Below are positions 29,897-39,511 of a DNA stretch of 64,000 bases, piece after piece. A program made the position numbers and the translations under genes. The DNA comes from Gloeobacterales cyanobacterium (GTDB lineage Bacteria > Cyanobacteriota > Cyanobacteriia > Gloeobacterales > PMM-0068), in the NCBI GenBank assembly GCA_038245785.1, contig JBBRSB010000018.1, positions 1 through 64,000 on the forward strand, written 5' to 3'. The notes under the pieces were generated by a model that searched no databases, was not told where the DNA came from, and was given only the letters and a program-made list of their open reading frames with translations. Position 1 is the stretch's first letter; every line of letters begins with the position of its first letter.

Positions 29897-29982
29897 GATT
29901 CATTTCCGGAAGAGTTATTTCAGGAACTTGGACACAGAGAGGGATTCAAGCTTGAGCTTATTATTTCCATGGGGCATACAAC
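29897..29982 (+). pseudogene. Truncated diverged duplicate of the 5' part of the cupin gene at 30846
   Basis: DSFPEELFQELGHREGFKLELIISMGHT vs DSLPEELFQELRYGKGFKLERIISMGHA at 30885-30970. Confidence 0.85.
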
Positions 29983-30048
29983 GGTGGGCAGGAGACGTTG
30001 GGCTGTGACAAGATTGTGGTGCAGGCGGCATGGAAAAAATGAGGATTA

Positions 30049-30300
30049 ATGATGTCAACACCTACTGAACATTTATTGTCACGGATTGCGTTTGACCAGA
30101 AGGTTCTAGCAGGTGAGCCAATCATTCGAGGACTGAGGATTTCGGTGGCGATGATTTTAGAGCTGCTGGCGAAGGGAGCAACGGTACAAGAAATTCTAGA
30201 AGATTATCCAGATTTAGAAATGGACGATATTCACGCGGCGTTGCAATGGAGAATTAAGGACAGAAAATTATCAATTATGGAGGATAACGAGAATCAATAA
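30049..30300 (+). CDS. DUF433 antitoxin-like protein (C-terminus atypical)
   Basis: VLAGEPIIRGLRISVAMILELLA.G....EILEDYPDL..DDI.AAL. Confidence 0.85.
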   Translation: MMSTPTEHLLSRIAFDQKVLAGEPIIRGLRISVAMILELLAKGATVQEILEDYPDLEMDDIHAALQWRIKDRKLSIMEDNENQ

Positions 30301-30304
30301 TGAT

Positions 30305-30523
30305 GTGATCGAATATCTGACGGATACTCAAGGAAACCTTAGCACAGTTGTGATTCCTATTGCCTTTTGGCGACAGATCTTTCCTGAGAATGTCAGTTCT
30401 ATGGAAGGTGCGGTTGAAGGTATTGAGGATTATTGCCTTAGTCGAGCCATGGATGAAGCTACGCAGACCTCTCTTCTAGGGCGTGATGAGGCGCTAGCAT
30501 TTTTGGCCGAGGAATCTGATTGA
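30305..30523 (+). CDS. Putative antitoxin preceding RelE
   Basis: YLTD.QGN...VVIPI..W...IEDYCLSRAMDEA; stop overlaps the RelE start. Confidence 0.7.
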   Translation: MIEYLTDTQGNLSTVVIPIAFWRQIFPENVSSMEGAVEGIEDYCLSRAMDEATQTSLLGRDEALAFLAEESD

Positions 30524-30782
30524 AAGTTGAGCATCGACAGTTGTTCTTAAAGGACTTGAAGAAACTTATAAAGCAGCCCATTTATCAGCAGGTGCATGAT
30601 CTGGCTTTTTCTACTCTACCAAATATAGACTCTCTTCAAGATTTACCCAATGTTAAAGCTCTTGTGGGAAGTGCTAATCATTATCGTATTCGGATTATCT
30701 TATAGGGATTGAGATAAATGGAGATGCTTTGGAGTTATCTCGTGTTCTCCATCGCAGCGAATTCTATCGTTATTTTCCTTGA
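30520..30782 (+). pseudogene. RelE/StbE toxin, frameshifted
   Basis: FLKDLKKL...HYRIRI, then in another frame DYLIGIEINGDALELSRVLHRSEFYRYFP*; break near 30695. Confidence 0.85.
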
Positions 30783-30845
30783 TCATCAATTATTAATGCT
30801 GACGAGAAACTGGGGACATAACCAACCACTGAAATAGGCAAAACT

Positions 30846-31178
30846 ATGACAGATGCTTGCGGAAATATATTTGCACATCTCCCCGATTCGTTGCCAGAGG
30901 AATTATTTCAAGAACTTAGGTACGGAAAGGGATTTAAGCTTGAGCGCATTATTTCCATGGGGCATGCAACCCCAGCCGACCAATGGTATGACCAAGAGCA
31001 GCATGAATGGGTAATGTTGCTTTCCGGCTCGGCAGGTCTGCGTTTTGAAGGGGAAGAGAATGTACAAGAGTTGCGTCCTGGCGACTTTGTAGATATCCCC
31101 GCTCATAAGCGTCACAGGGTGGAATGGACAGACCCAAAAGAAAAAACTATTTGGCTGGCTCTTCACTATGCGATGTGA
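30846..31178 (+). CDS. Cupin domain protein
   Basis: ERIISMGHATP..WYDQ...EWV.LL.G, IPAHKRHRVEWT, WLALHY. Confidence 0.9.
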   Translation: MTDACGNIFAHLPDSLPEELFQELRYGKGFKLERIISMGHATPADQWYDQEQHEWVMLLSGSAGLRFEGEENVQELRPGDFVDIPAHKRHRVEWTDPKEKTIWLALHYAM

Positions 31179-31195
31179 GACAAGAGTACTGCTTA

Positions 31196-31228
31196 CTTCA
31201 CAAGTTCCTCATTTTTGGCCTCTATTCT
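31196..31228 (+). promoter_or_regulatory. CCTCA direct-repeat box + -10 (copy 3)
   Basis: CTTCA caagtt CCTCA ttttggcctc.TATTCT with 11-nt spacer, upstream of the sigma factor gene. Confidence 0.78.
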
Positions 31229-31282
31229 AGCTTCTAGGAGCAGATGAATAAAATGCAACGCTGATGGCAGAGGAAGAAGCAT

Positions 31283-32158
31283 ATGGAAAAGAAAGACTCT
31301 GTAGGACTTTACTTAAGAGAAATTGGCAGGATTCCCCTGCTGAAGCCAGAAGAGGAAGTGGCGTTAGCTCGCCAAATTGCCGGGGGAGGACCGAGAGCGG
31401 ACCGAGCCAAAAGTAAATTAGTTCAGGCAAATCTGCGTTTGGTAGTTTCGATTGCCAAGAAATATCTTAATCGGGGAGTGCCTCTGATGGACCTTGTGCA
31501 AGAGGGTTCTATCGGGCTAATACGCGCTGCCGAGAAATTTGAATATGAGCGCGGATTTAAGTTCTCCACCTATGCCTATTGGTGGATTCGTCAAGCGATT
31601 ACCCGTGCGGTGGCCTCTCAATCGCGCACCGTCCGCCTGCCTGTCCACATGGTTGAAAAGATTAATCGAGTCAAAAAAATTCGCCGACAACTCGCTCAGG
31701 AACTTGGCCGCACACCCATTGCAGAAGAAATAGCCCAGGCGCTAGAAATTGATGTCGAAGAACTAGGGGATATTACTCGTGCTTCTCGTAGGACTATCTC
31801 TCTGAATGTGAGCGTAGGTAAGGAAGAAGATACAGAGTTGATCCAGTTGATTGAAGACCATGAAGTCCTTCCTCCTGAAGAGCATCTAGATCACGAAGCA
31901 CTTTGTTCAGAAGTCTATGAACTCCTCCATCGCCATCTCACTCCTCGGGAGCGAGACATTTTGGTGTTGCGTTTTGGCCTACTAGATGGGCAACGCCATA
32001 CGCTAGACCAAGTAGGCCAGACTTTTGGCCTTTCTCGGGAGCGGATTCGACAGCTCCAAGCTAAAGCCTTCCGTAAACTTCGTCGCACGCGTAGTCGTCA
32101 GCGTCTCTATGAGTGGATTAACCCAGTCGCCCTTGAGGAATCAGCTTTTTCAGGCTAG
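31283..32158 (+). CDS. RNA polymerase sigma-70 factor, group-2-like (no region 1.1)
   Basis: DSVGLYLREIGRIPLL, ANLRLVVSIAKKY, FKFSTYAYWWIRQAITRA, SRERIRQ. Confidence 0.95.
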   Translation: MEKKDSVGLYLREIGRIPLLKPEEEVALARQIAGGGPRADRAKSKLVQANLRLVVSIAKKYLNRGVPLMDLVQEGSIGLIRAAEKFEYERGFKFSTYAYWWIRQAITRAVASQSRTVRLPVHMVEKINRVKKIRRQLAQELGRTPIAEEIAQALEIDVEELGDITRASRRTISLNVSVGKEEDTELIQLIEDHEVLPPEEHLDHEALCSEVYELLHRHLTPRERDILVLRFGLLDGQRHTLDQVGQTFGLSRERIRQLQAKAFRKLRRTRSRQRLYEWINPVALEESAFSG

Positions 32159-32864
32159 GAAAACAAGCTTTTTCCTGCGACAAAGAAGAAAGGCTAATTA
32201 TACAAATTCCTATGCTTTGGTTATGAGCAGTCGCTGTATAGGTCCTGATTATCTCTGTAGAATTTGTTCACGGGGCGTTGCAGACGTTATTTCTCTCACC
32301 TGCTATAGGCGATTTTCAGGCACATCAAGTTAGTGTTTTTACTGCGTTGCTGTTCATTTTGTTTACTGCATGGCGCACTCAAGATTCTTCTGACGTTTGG
32401 CGGAACCTAAAGAACTAATTATAGCTAATTTCCGAGTATTAGCGCTGATGCAATGAGATAGACTATCTCATGACCCACTGGAAGTTTTTTGCTGACGAGT
32501 AATTGATTTTGGCTGTCATCTGTTTATACGAATATTAACTGCAACTAACTTACAATACTAATTACTAGCTTGGATTGTGGGTGATTCATATATGCTTTCA
32601 ATGAGAAAATAAAAACATAGCTATGTATCGCACTATACACGCCAAATAGATTTATTAATGGTTGAGTATAAAACGAACTAGTGATGCTAACGCACTTTCT
32701 AAAGTTAGAATCAAGGAAAAGCGATCCTCACGTTATGAACCGCACCTATATGGAGAGTTTCAGTAGTTATTAATGACTAAACAGAGCTAATTTGCCTATC
32801 ACATGTGTGTTTTAACTTTGCCCGAACACTTGATTTCCTACGCTTAAGTTGTGAGCAGAAAGTC

Positions 32865-34541
32865 GTGGATAGACAGCATGAATCAAGATATTTTTCTAGA
32901 AGAGACGCACTCAAGTTAGCTGCTGTAGGTAGTGCCACCCTTTATGGAATAGGTGCATTTTTGAGACCTGCCTCAGCTCAAGTGCTTAAGGCTGATGCGT
33001 ATCAAGCTCCTACCGTCCCATGGCTCCCTCAGCATGATCCTGACCTTTCACAGCGGGCCATGCAGCTTGCTGATCAACAGCAACAGCATCAATACAACTT
33101 TACTTATTTTCCGCCTTTGCCCCTAGTGGACAAAGTCCCACCAGCAGATCAGTTTACCTTGCCGTGGCAACAACTGGCCAATGCGATAGAAACAGAAAGG
33201 CGTTCCAATACCACTCAAGCAGGTCAAGCCAGAACCATAGCGAATCTCGATGATTATGCTGCTCTTTTTCCAGTGATTCCCCTGCCTCAAATCAGTAAGA
33301 CTTTTCAAGAAGATAGTGTATTTGCGCGTATGCGGGTTGCTGGTCCAAATCCTCTAGTCATTGAGCACGTAATGGCCCTGGATAACCGTTTTCCTGTTAC
33401 CAATGAACATTATCAATCAGCGATGGGAGAAGTGGATTCCTTAGCAGTAGCTGGGCAAGAGGGGAGGCTCTACCTGGCTGATTACGCAATCTTCGATGGA
33501 GCGGCCAATGGGAGCTACGCTGCGGGGCAGAAGTATCTCTATGCACCCCTGGCCCTGTTTGCTGTGCCACGTCCAAACCAGCGTTTACGGTCGCTAGTCC
33601 CTGTCGCTATTCAGTGTGGACAAAAGCCCGGACCGGATAACCCTATTTTCACCCCAAAGAACGGTACAAACTGGTTGCTTGCTAAAACCATCGTTCAGAT
33701 CGCCGATGCCAACTTCCACGAACTGGTCATCCATCTTGGCAGCATTCATCTGTTTATCGAGCCGCTGGTCATTGCTACCCAGAGGCAACTTGCTGCCCGT
33801 CATCCCCTTGGAATCTTGTTGCGCCCGCACTTTGAAGGAACTCTAGCCACAAACTTCCGCGCGGTCTTCGAACTAATCAATCCAGGCGGACCCGTGGATA
33901 GGCTTCTGGGGACTACCCTCTATAGCTCGCTAGCCTTTGCGGTCGAAGGGGTTCGCAGTTATCCGTTCAATGACTCGATGCTGCCTGATACCCTCAAACG
34001 CCGTGGAGTCGATGACCGCAATCTGCTGCCTGACTCTGAATTGCAAAACTGGTTGTCAGAACTACTATCGGTCAACGGGGGAAGAATGGTTGGTATTGGT
34101 CAAGACGGTCGCATTCAAACACAAGCGTACCTGATTGAAGCCACCACCCTGATCCTCTTTACTGCCAGTGCCCAGCATGCTGCTATCGGCACACCTCAGG
34201 GGTCTTTAATGACCTATGCACCAGCTTTCCCGCTGGCTGGCTATTCTCCAGCACCCGTATCTAATCAGGGTGCCACCGAATCGGACTATCTCAGATTGCT
34301 ACCACCCTGGCTCCAAGCCCAAGGCCAACTGAGTACCCTCTACTTGCTGGGGACGGTGGATTACACCCGACTAGGAAGATATCAAAGTGGATATTTCAGC
34401 GATGAACGAGTACGGCCAAAGCTAGAGCGTTTTCAAGCCCGCCTCGAGCGAATTGAAGCGGTCATTGGCCGGAGAAACCAAACGCGGCCCGCCTATGAGT
34501 TTCTACTCCCCTCTCAAATTCCCCAGACCATCCAATGGTAG
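32865..34541 (+). CDS. Lipoxygenase-family protein with Tat signal; internal in-frame deletion and altered iron ligands
   Basis: SRRDALK...ASA signal; FARMRVAGPNP, W.LAK..VQ.AD.NFHEL..HL...HL, HPL..LLRPHF, FTASAQHAA. Start GTG 32865 inferred; the ORF is open from 32805. Confidence 0.85.
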   Translation: MDRQHESRYFSRRDALKLAAVGSATLYGIGAFLRPASAQVLKADAYQAPTVPWLPQHDPDLSQRAMQLADQQQQHQYNFTYFPPLPLVDKVPPADQFTLPWQQLANAIETERRSNTTQAGQARTIANLDDYAALFPVIPLPQISKTFQEDSVFARMRVAGPNPLVIEHVMALDNRFPVTNEHYQSAMGEVDSLAVAGQEGRLYLADYAIFDGAANGSYAAGQKYLYAPLALFAVPRPNQRLRSLVPVAIQCGQKPGPDNPIFTPKNGTNWLLAKTIVQIADANFHELVIHLGSIHLFIEPLVIATQRQLAARHPLGILLRPHFEGTLATNFRAVFELINPGGPVDRLLGTTLYSSLAFAVEGVRSYPFNDSMLPDTLKRRGVDDRNLLPDSELQNWLSELLSVNGGRMVGIGQDGRIQTQAYLIEATTLILFTASAQHAAIGTPQGSLMTYAPAFPLAGYSPAPVSNQGATESDYLRLLPPWLQAQGQLSTLYLLGTVDYTRLGRYQSGYFSDERVRPKLERFQARLERIEAVIGRRNQTRPAYEFLLPSQIPQTIQW

Positions 34542-34567
34542 AGGTTGTGCCATAACCTGACTTTCCC

Positions 34568-35188
34568 CTATCTCGCTCTCACTGCTTTAGGCGCGGTTAG
34601 CACTACATAGTAGTATTTGTAATAACTTCGGGGAGAGCAAGCTACCCCGATACCGATTTCTGAATGTTCAAGATAAAACGGATCCATCGCCAACAGATGA
34701 ATTCGATGAGCAGGAGGATATACACCCTCATCGGCAATCAACTGATCAACCGCTTCAATGCCATTAGGAGCACCTGCCGCTAATGACTCTAGACTGTTGG
34801 ATGCAGGATCTTCAGCATAATCAGCAGGTAGAGAATAGCCAGCGCGAATCACCCGTTGATTGGCACCTACTCCATCTGGATCGAAGTGAGAGACATAGTT
34901 GTCCTTAGCCATACGTTCAGCCGCTTGGCGAGCTATGGTAGCAAGCGGTTGATTCCAATGCAGGGCAGGAACAGGGCCACCAGGTAATTGAACCCCAAGT
35001 TTAGAAGCATAGTTTTTGGGCTCAGCCCGAAAATGATTCAGATAATCATAGGCTTGGACGGCTTCACGATTGGAGTCTATACAGGAATCGGCACGTGCTA
35101 CTTCCTGGAGAAATCCAATCATAATGCAAGCAAAAATTACCCTCAGAAATAGATACTTCAGAGGTCTTTCTATGGATAAAAAAATCAT
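34568..35188 (-). CDS. Secreted CAP/SCP domain protein
   Basis: Signal peptide; LNHFRA, LHWN..L...A...AE.M....YVSH, ES.A.G, HR.HLL, EIGIG. Confidence 0.85.
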   Translation of the reverse strand: MIFLSIERPLKYLFLRVIFACIMIGFLQEVARADSCIDSNREAVQAYDYLNHFRAEPKNYASKLGVQLPGGPVPALHWNQPLATIARQAAERMAKDNYVSHFDPDGVGANQRVIRAGYSLPADYAEDPASNSLESLAAGAPNGIEAVDQLIADEGVYPPAHRIHLLAMDPFYLEHSEIGIGVACSPRSYYKYYYVVLTAPKAVRAR

Positions 35189-35537
35189 AGGCTAGCGTCT
35201 TTAGAAGGATAGAGATCTTGCGTTTGATCCAGATTGTGAAACTGCATCATTCGCTCTTGCAGGCAATGAGAAATTGGGTCTATTTTAATTGCTAGATCTA
35301 CTTCATCCATAGGTTCTCTCTCTGAATACAGTGCTTCAGCCGTTTTATTAAAAAGATTGAAGTTATACTAAGCGAATTCTTAAGTGCTTAATATGAAGCG
35401 TTTATGAAGTTTCCGAAAAAACTAAAAAACATTTTCAGCAGTAGGTTTTATTTCATTTTTAGGGAACTCTATACTGCGCAAAACTCAACGGTCAAACTTA
35501 AAAAATAGCAGTTTTGCTCAGTGGAAGTTGCGATAGT

Positions 35538-35570
35538 CCTCACAAGTTCCTCAAATTGACGGTTTAACGT
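35538..35570 (+). promoter_or_regulatory. CCTCA direct-repeat box + -10 (copy 4)
   Basis: CCTCA caagtt CCTCA aattgacggtt TAACGT, upstream of the USP operon. Confidence 0.8.
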
Positions 35571-35592
35571 GGAAGTAGAACTGGAGACGATT

Positions 35593-36111
35593 ATGTTTCA
35601 AAAGATTCTTGTAGCCGTAGACAACTCCGCCTCAGGCGAGTACGTCTTCCGTAAGGCTTTGGAACTAGCTAAGAAAACTGAGGCTAGCCTTATGCTTTTG
35701 CACGTTTTGTCCTCTGATGAAGAGGGCTATCCGGCAGTGCCTGGGTTTGATTTTGGGATAGGTGCCCAGGATGACGTGATGAGACTCTACTTGCAGCAGT
35801 GGCATGACTTTAGAGAACAAGGACTTGAGCTACTGCGGGCACGCATCTATGAAGCGACTGCAGCAGGGGTGAGTGCAGAATCCAATCAGGTGCCTGGGGA
35901 TTCAGGTAAGGCTATTTGTGAACAGGCACGTGCGTGGGGTGCAGACTTGATTGTGATCGGTCGTCGCGGCCGTTCTGGTCTTAGTGAACTCTTCCTCGGT
36001 AGTGCTAGCAATTATGTCTTGCACCATGCTCATTGCTCGGTTCTGACGGTACAACCGCTCGTCCGTGTCCCTGATGAAGAGACTCAAACCGCACAAATGA
36101 TGTCTATTTGA
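35593..36111 (+). CDS. Universal stress protein (USP)
   Basis: FQKILVAVD, ADLIVIGRRGRSGLSELFLGSASNYVLHHAHCSVL; start at ATG 35593 behind GGAG. Confidence 0.93.
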   Translation: MFQKILVAVDNSASGEYVFRKALELAKKTEASLMLLHVLSSDEEGYPAVPGFDFGIGAQDDVMRLYLQQWHDFREQGLELLRARIYEATAAGVSAESNQVPGDSGKAICEQARAWGADLIVIGRRGRSGLSELFLGSASNYVLHHAHCSVLTVQPLVRVPDEETQTAQMMSI

Positions 36112-36120
36112 GGTGAGGCT

Positions 36121-36552
36121 ATGCAGGTCAAGGTTCAACATAAAGAGCATCTGCGATTTGAGGCAATGGCTAGGGGCCATCGTATTCTGGGCGACCAACC
36201 TCTGGAGAACGAGGGCGAAGACTCAGGAATGACGCCTACTGAGTGGTTCTTGGCATCTATTGGCGGATGTGTGGGTTTCTACGCCGTTAAGTACTGTCAG
36301 TCCAGAGGCTTAGAGGCCACAGGCCTTAGTGTGGATGTTTCTGCCCAGAAAACAACGGATATGCCTGTTCGTCTGGATGATATCCAGATTCAGGTAAATG
36401 TCCCCATAGTCTTAGATGCTCACCACTACCAAGGGCTAGAAAGAGCGGTGGATGCCTGCTTAATTCATAAAACCCTGTCAAACCCGCCCCATACGACCAT
36501 CCAGATTTCTACGTCTGTGGTTCAATCAGTCCAAGCACAAACCTCCCCCTAA
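36121..36552 (+). CDS. OsmC/YhfA family protein
   Basis: DQP...G.D.G.TP.E.FLAS.GGC...C.IHKTL..PP. Confidence 0.9.
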   Translation: MQVKVQHKEHLRFEAMARGHRILGDQPLENEGEDSGMTPTEWFLASIGGCVGFYAVKYCQSRGLEATGLSVDVSAQKTTDMPVRLDDIQIQVNVPIVLDAHHYQGLERAVDACLIHKTLSNPPHTTIQISTSVVQSVQAQTSP

Positions 36553-36607
36553 GCCCTTCGCAGCCCTAGTGCCAGCGAACTAGAATAAGAACAAAGTGGT
36601 GCATAAA

Positions 36608-37261
36608 ATGACTGCGCGATTCCGTAATCGGATTGAAGCAGGCCAATTACTAGCCCAAAAACTTACGGCCTATGCTTACCGTCCGGACGTATTGGTGTTG
36701 GGGTTGCCTCGGGGTGGAGTGCCTGTAGCCTTCGAAGTGGCTAGTGCTCTTCATGTCCCCCTGGACATCTGGTTGGTGAGGAAACTGGGAGTGCCAGGGC
36801 AAAAGGAACTAGCCATGGGGGCTATTGCAACAGGGGGCATCCGAGTACTAAATCCTGAAACAATCTATTGGCTGCATATTGCTGAGCAGGACATTGCGCA
36901 GGTGGCCACGCAAGAACAAAAGGAATTGGAGCGCCGTGAGCTTCTTTATCGAGGAAATCGCCCTGCTCCTGATGTGCGGAATCGGACCGTGATTCTAATA
37001 GATGACGGCCTAGCTACAGGCTCAACCATGCGTGCAGCGATAGCTTCCCTTCGTCCACAACAGCCTGAACGAATCGTTGTCGCTGTTCCCGTTGCGCCTC
37101 CATCCGTGTACAGCGAATTCAAGACCGAAGCAGACGAAGTTGTCTGTCTGAGAACTCCTGAGCTATTCCATGCCATTGGTGCCTGGTACGAAGATTTTTC
37201 CCAAACCACGGATCAGGAAGTGCGTAATTTATTAGAGCGGGCTAGCCACGGAGTTTGTTAA
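36608..37261 (+). CDS. Phosphoribosyltransferase-family protein
   Basis: [44 protein letters not shown]. Confidence 0.92.
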   Translation: MTARFRNRIEAGQLLAQKLTAYAYRPDVLVLGLPRGGVPVAFEVASALHVPLDIWLVRKLGVPGQKELAMGAIATGGIRVLNPETIYWLHIAEQDIAQVATQEQKELERRELLYRGNRPAPDVRNRTVILIDDGLATGSTMRAAIASLRPQQPERIVVAVPVAPPSVYSEFKTEADEVVCLRTPELFHAIGAWYEDFSQTTDQEVRNLLERASHGVC

Positions 37262-37273
37262 TCAATGAGAATC

Positions 37274-37298
37274 TGACCTTCCCCCAATTTAGTGGACA
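37274..37298. mobile_element. Orphan IS3-family-like terminal inverted repeat
   Basis: TGACCTTCCCCCAATTTAGTGGACA resembles IS3/IS150 ends (TG..C.CCCC...GGACA); no transposase adjacent. Confidence 0.45.
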
Positions 37299-37350
37299 TT
37301 CCCGAAGAGTCGATAACTACTGAACTATCGATCGATTATTGGAGTTAAAG

Positions 37351-37989
37351 ATGAAACTCATTTCTGTCAACGTCGGACTGCCACGTGAAGTGACCTGGAA
37401 AGGGAAAACAGTTACAACTGGAATTTTCAAAGAGCCAGTCAGTGCAAGGGTGATGGTGCGATCGCTCAATTTAGAGGGTGATGGACAGGCTGATCTAACT
37501 GTTCATGGGGGAGTAGACAAAGCCGTCTATGTCTATCCGTTTGAGCATTACGATTACTGGCGAAGTGAATTGCCTGATACAGAGTTGCCGCTAGGTATCT
37601 TTGGCGAAAATTTTACCATCACTGGATTGAGAGAAGAGGAAGTGAACATTGGCGATCGCTTTAGTATCGGCACTGTAAACCTGATGGTGACACAACCGCG
37701 ACTACCCTGCTATAAACTGGGGATTCGGTTTGGACGACCGGATATGGTGAAACGATTTCTCGCAAGTCGTCGAACCGGATTTTACTTCCGTGTTTTGCAA
37801 GAGGGTGAAGTCGAAGCCGGAGACACTCTTGAGTTGGTGAGCCGAGATGAAAACAACATTACGGTTGCTGATATCACTCAACTTTATACCCGTGAGCAGA
37901 AAAATCCAGCGTTACTTCACCGCGCGGCTCAACTGGAAGCGTTACCTGAAAGTTGGCGCGACTATTTCCAGCAACAGGGTCTTCATTAA
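37351..37989 (+). CDS. MOSC domain protein (YiiM-like)
   Basis: GDGQADL.VHGG.DKAVY, FGENFT, QPRLPCYKL, GFYFRVL.EG. Confidence 0.92.
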   Translation: MKLISVNVGLPREVTWKGKTVTTGIFKEPVSARVMVRSLNLEGDGQADLTVHGGVDKAVYVYPFEHYDYWRSELPDTELPLGIFGENFTITGLREEEVNIGDRFSIGTVNLMVTQPRLPCYKLGIRFGRPDMVKRFLASRRTGFYFRVLQEGEVEAGDTLELVSRDENNITVADITQLYTREQKNPALLHRAAQLEALPESWRDYFQQQGLH

Positions 37990-38055
37990 TTCGTAGTACA
38001 AGGAGTGGGAATAGGTACGACAGTCAACCGTTTGTCCTCCCAGAAGGCAACTACT

Positions 38056-38445
38056 ATGAATGAAAATAACGGCATCATTAGCCAGCCCAGCCCATATTCA
38101 GTGACTGAAACAATCGATCGCTTAGAAGCCGTACTTCAGGCAAAAGGGATCACTATTTTTGCCCGTATCGATCAACAGGCTGAAGCCGAGAAGGTCGGAC
38201 TAAGCCTACGTCCGACGCAGTTGTTACTGTTTGGCAGCCCGAAAGCCGGAACTCCTTTGATGGTGGCAGAACCGACGATCGCCCTGGATTTACCCCTAAA
38301 AGTGCTGGCCTGGGAAGCGGCTGACGGCAAAGTGTGGCTGAGCTATAACGATCCCGATTATTTAAAACAGCGCTTCTCACTTTCCGATGAATTAGTCAAA
38401 AACATCGCGGTCATCGCCTCTTTAATCGAGCAAACACTGGCTTAA
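38056..38445 (+). CDS. DUF302 domain protein
   Basis: S.YSV.ET..RL...L..KG..IFARID, FGSPKAGTPLM, ALDLPLKVL. Confidence 0.9.
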   Translation: MNENNGIISQPSPYSVTETIDRLEAVLQAKGITIFARIDQQAEAEKVGLSLRPTQLLLFGSPKAGTPLMVAEPTIALDLPLKVLAWEAADGKVWLSYNDPDYLKQRFSLSDELVKNIAVIASLIEQTLA

Positions 38446-38460
38446 GTAAGGATCAAGGCA

Positions 38461-38610
38461 GTGGGCAAAGATACAGATGAAACGTATGCCTTGTGCGAAG
38501 TGATTGTTGCACCCCAGGGCGGTAGCACACCTCTTCATCGGCACAGTCGGAAAAATGAGTCATTTTACGTTCAAGAGAGAGAACTAGAATCCCAGCTTGA
38601 CAAAGTATAA
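38461..38610 (+). pseudogene. Cupin (quercetin-dioxygenase-like) gene fragment
   Basis: GKDTDETYALCEVIVAPQGGSTPLHRHSRKNESFYVQE: H.H...E.FYV cupin motif 1 only, truncated. Confidence 0.65.
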
Positions 38611-38682
38611 AACAAAGTAAAACCGCTAGAGGTATTGTTACGTAGACTGTTTAGAAGCTATTCCGAAGAACGCAACAACACC

Positions 38683-39354
38683 ATGTCCAACCACAACTTC
38701 ATGTTCAATCGCCCTCTAGCAAGCCGTTTCGTGCTCCTTGCAATCACTTCCCTGGGTATTCTGTCTCCGACAATGCTGCCAGCGTACGCCACCAATATCC
38801 CAGCTGCGACAGGAATAAAACCTCAGACAGCTGTTTTTGCAGGAGGTTGTTTCTGGGGAGTAGAAGCAGTTTTTGAGCATCTAAAAGGAGTCTCAGAGGT
38901 CGTTTCAGGTTATTCAGGGGGTAAGCCTAAAACCGCACAATATAAGACTGTCAGCTCGGGGCATACGGGCCATGCGGAGTCTGTGAGAGTAATCTATGAT
39001 CCATCTAAGATCTCTTATCCCCAACTGCTGAAGATCTATTTTCTAGTCGCCCACAATCCGACTCAGCTAAATCGGCAAGGACCAGACTTCGGTACACAGT
39101 ACCGTTCAGCGATCTTTTATGCCAATGATGAACAGAAAAAGGCCGCGCAAGCTTACATTATTCAGCTCAATAAACAACACTCTTTCCAACAACCAATCGT
39201 CACTGAACTTGCACCTTTGAACAAATTTTATCAGGCAGAAGAATACCATCAGGATTTCATCTCCCGTCATCCGTACGACCCTTATGTAGTATTTAATGAC
39301 TTGCCCAAGCTATCTCAACTTCAGAAAAAGTTTCCTGATTTATATAAGCAATAG
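38683..39354 (+). CDS. msrA: Peptide-methionine (S)-S-oxide reductase with signal peptide
   Basis: FAGGCFWG, TGHAESV, RQGPD.GTQYRSAIF, FY.AEEYHQ. Confidence 0.95.
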   Translation: MSNHNFMFNRPLASRFVLLAITSLGILSPTMLPAYATNIPAATGIKPQTAVFAGGCFWGVEAVFEHLKGVSEVVSGYSGGKPKTAQYKTVSSGHTGHAESVRVIYDPSKISYPQLLKIYFLVAHNPTQLNRQGPDFGTQYRSAIFYANDEQKKAAQAYIIQLNKQHSFQQPIVTELAPLNKFYQAEEYHQDFISRHPYDPYVVFNDLPKLSQLQKKFPDLYKQ

Positions 39355-39511
39355 ATTCATTTTATTGAGGTCTGAATGACTGAAAAGTAGAGAGAATAAT
39401 GCAAAAAACTGCCAATATTTGGGAGTTTTGGTGCTAATAATATTTATAAAAGTGGTTTCTCTCTTTTTTTCCTCTCTACAATAGGGGCAAAGCTTCTCTA
39501 GGAGCTTCCGA

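Noticed and set aside
35569..35592. Longer GTG start for USP given by the ORF track
   Set aside because: It overlaps the predicted -10 hexamer; ATG 35593 has an RBS and matches the family start.
39458..39482. TCTCT...CCTCT upstream of the 39512 regulator as an autoregulatory box
   Set aside because: Low-complexity pyrimidine tract; no TAnnnT at the conserved 11-nt distance.
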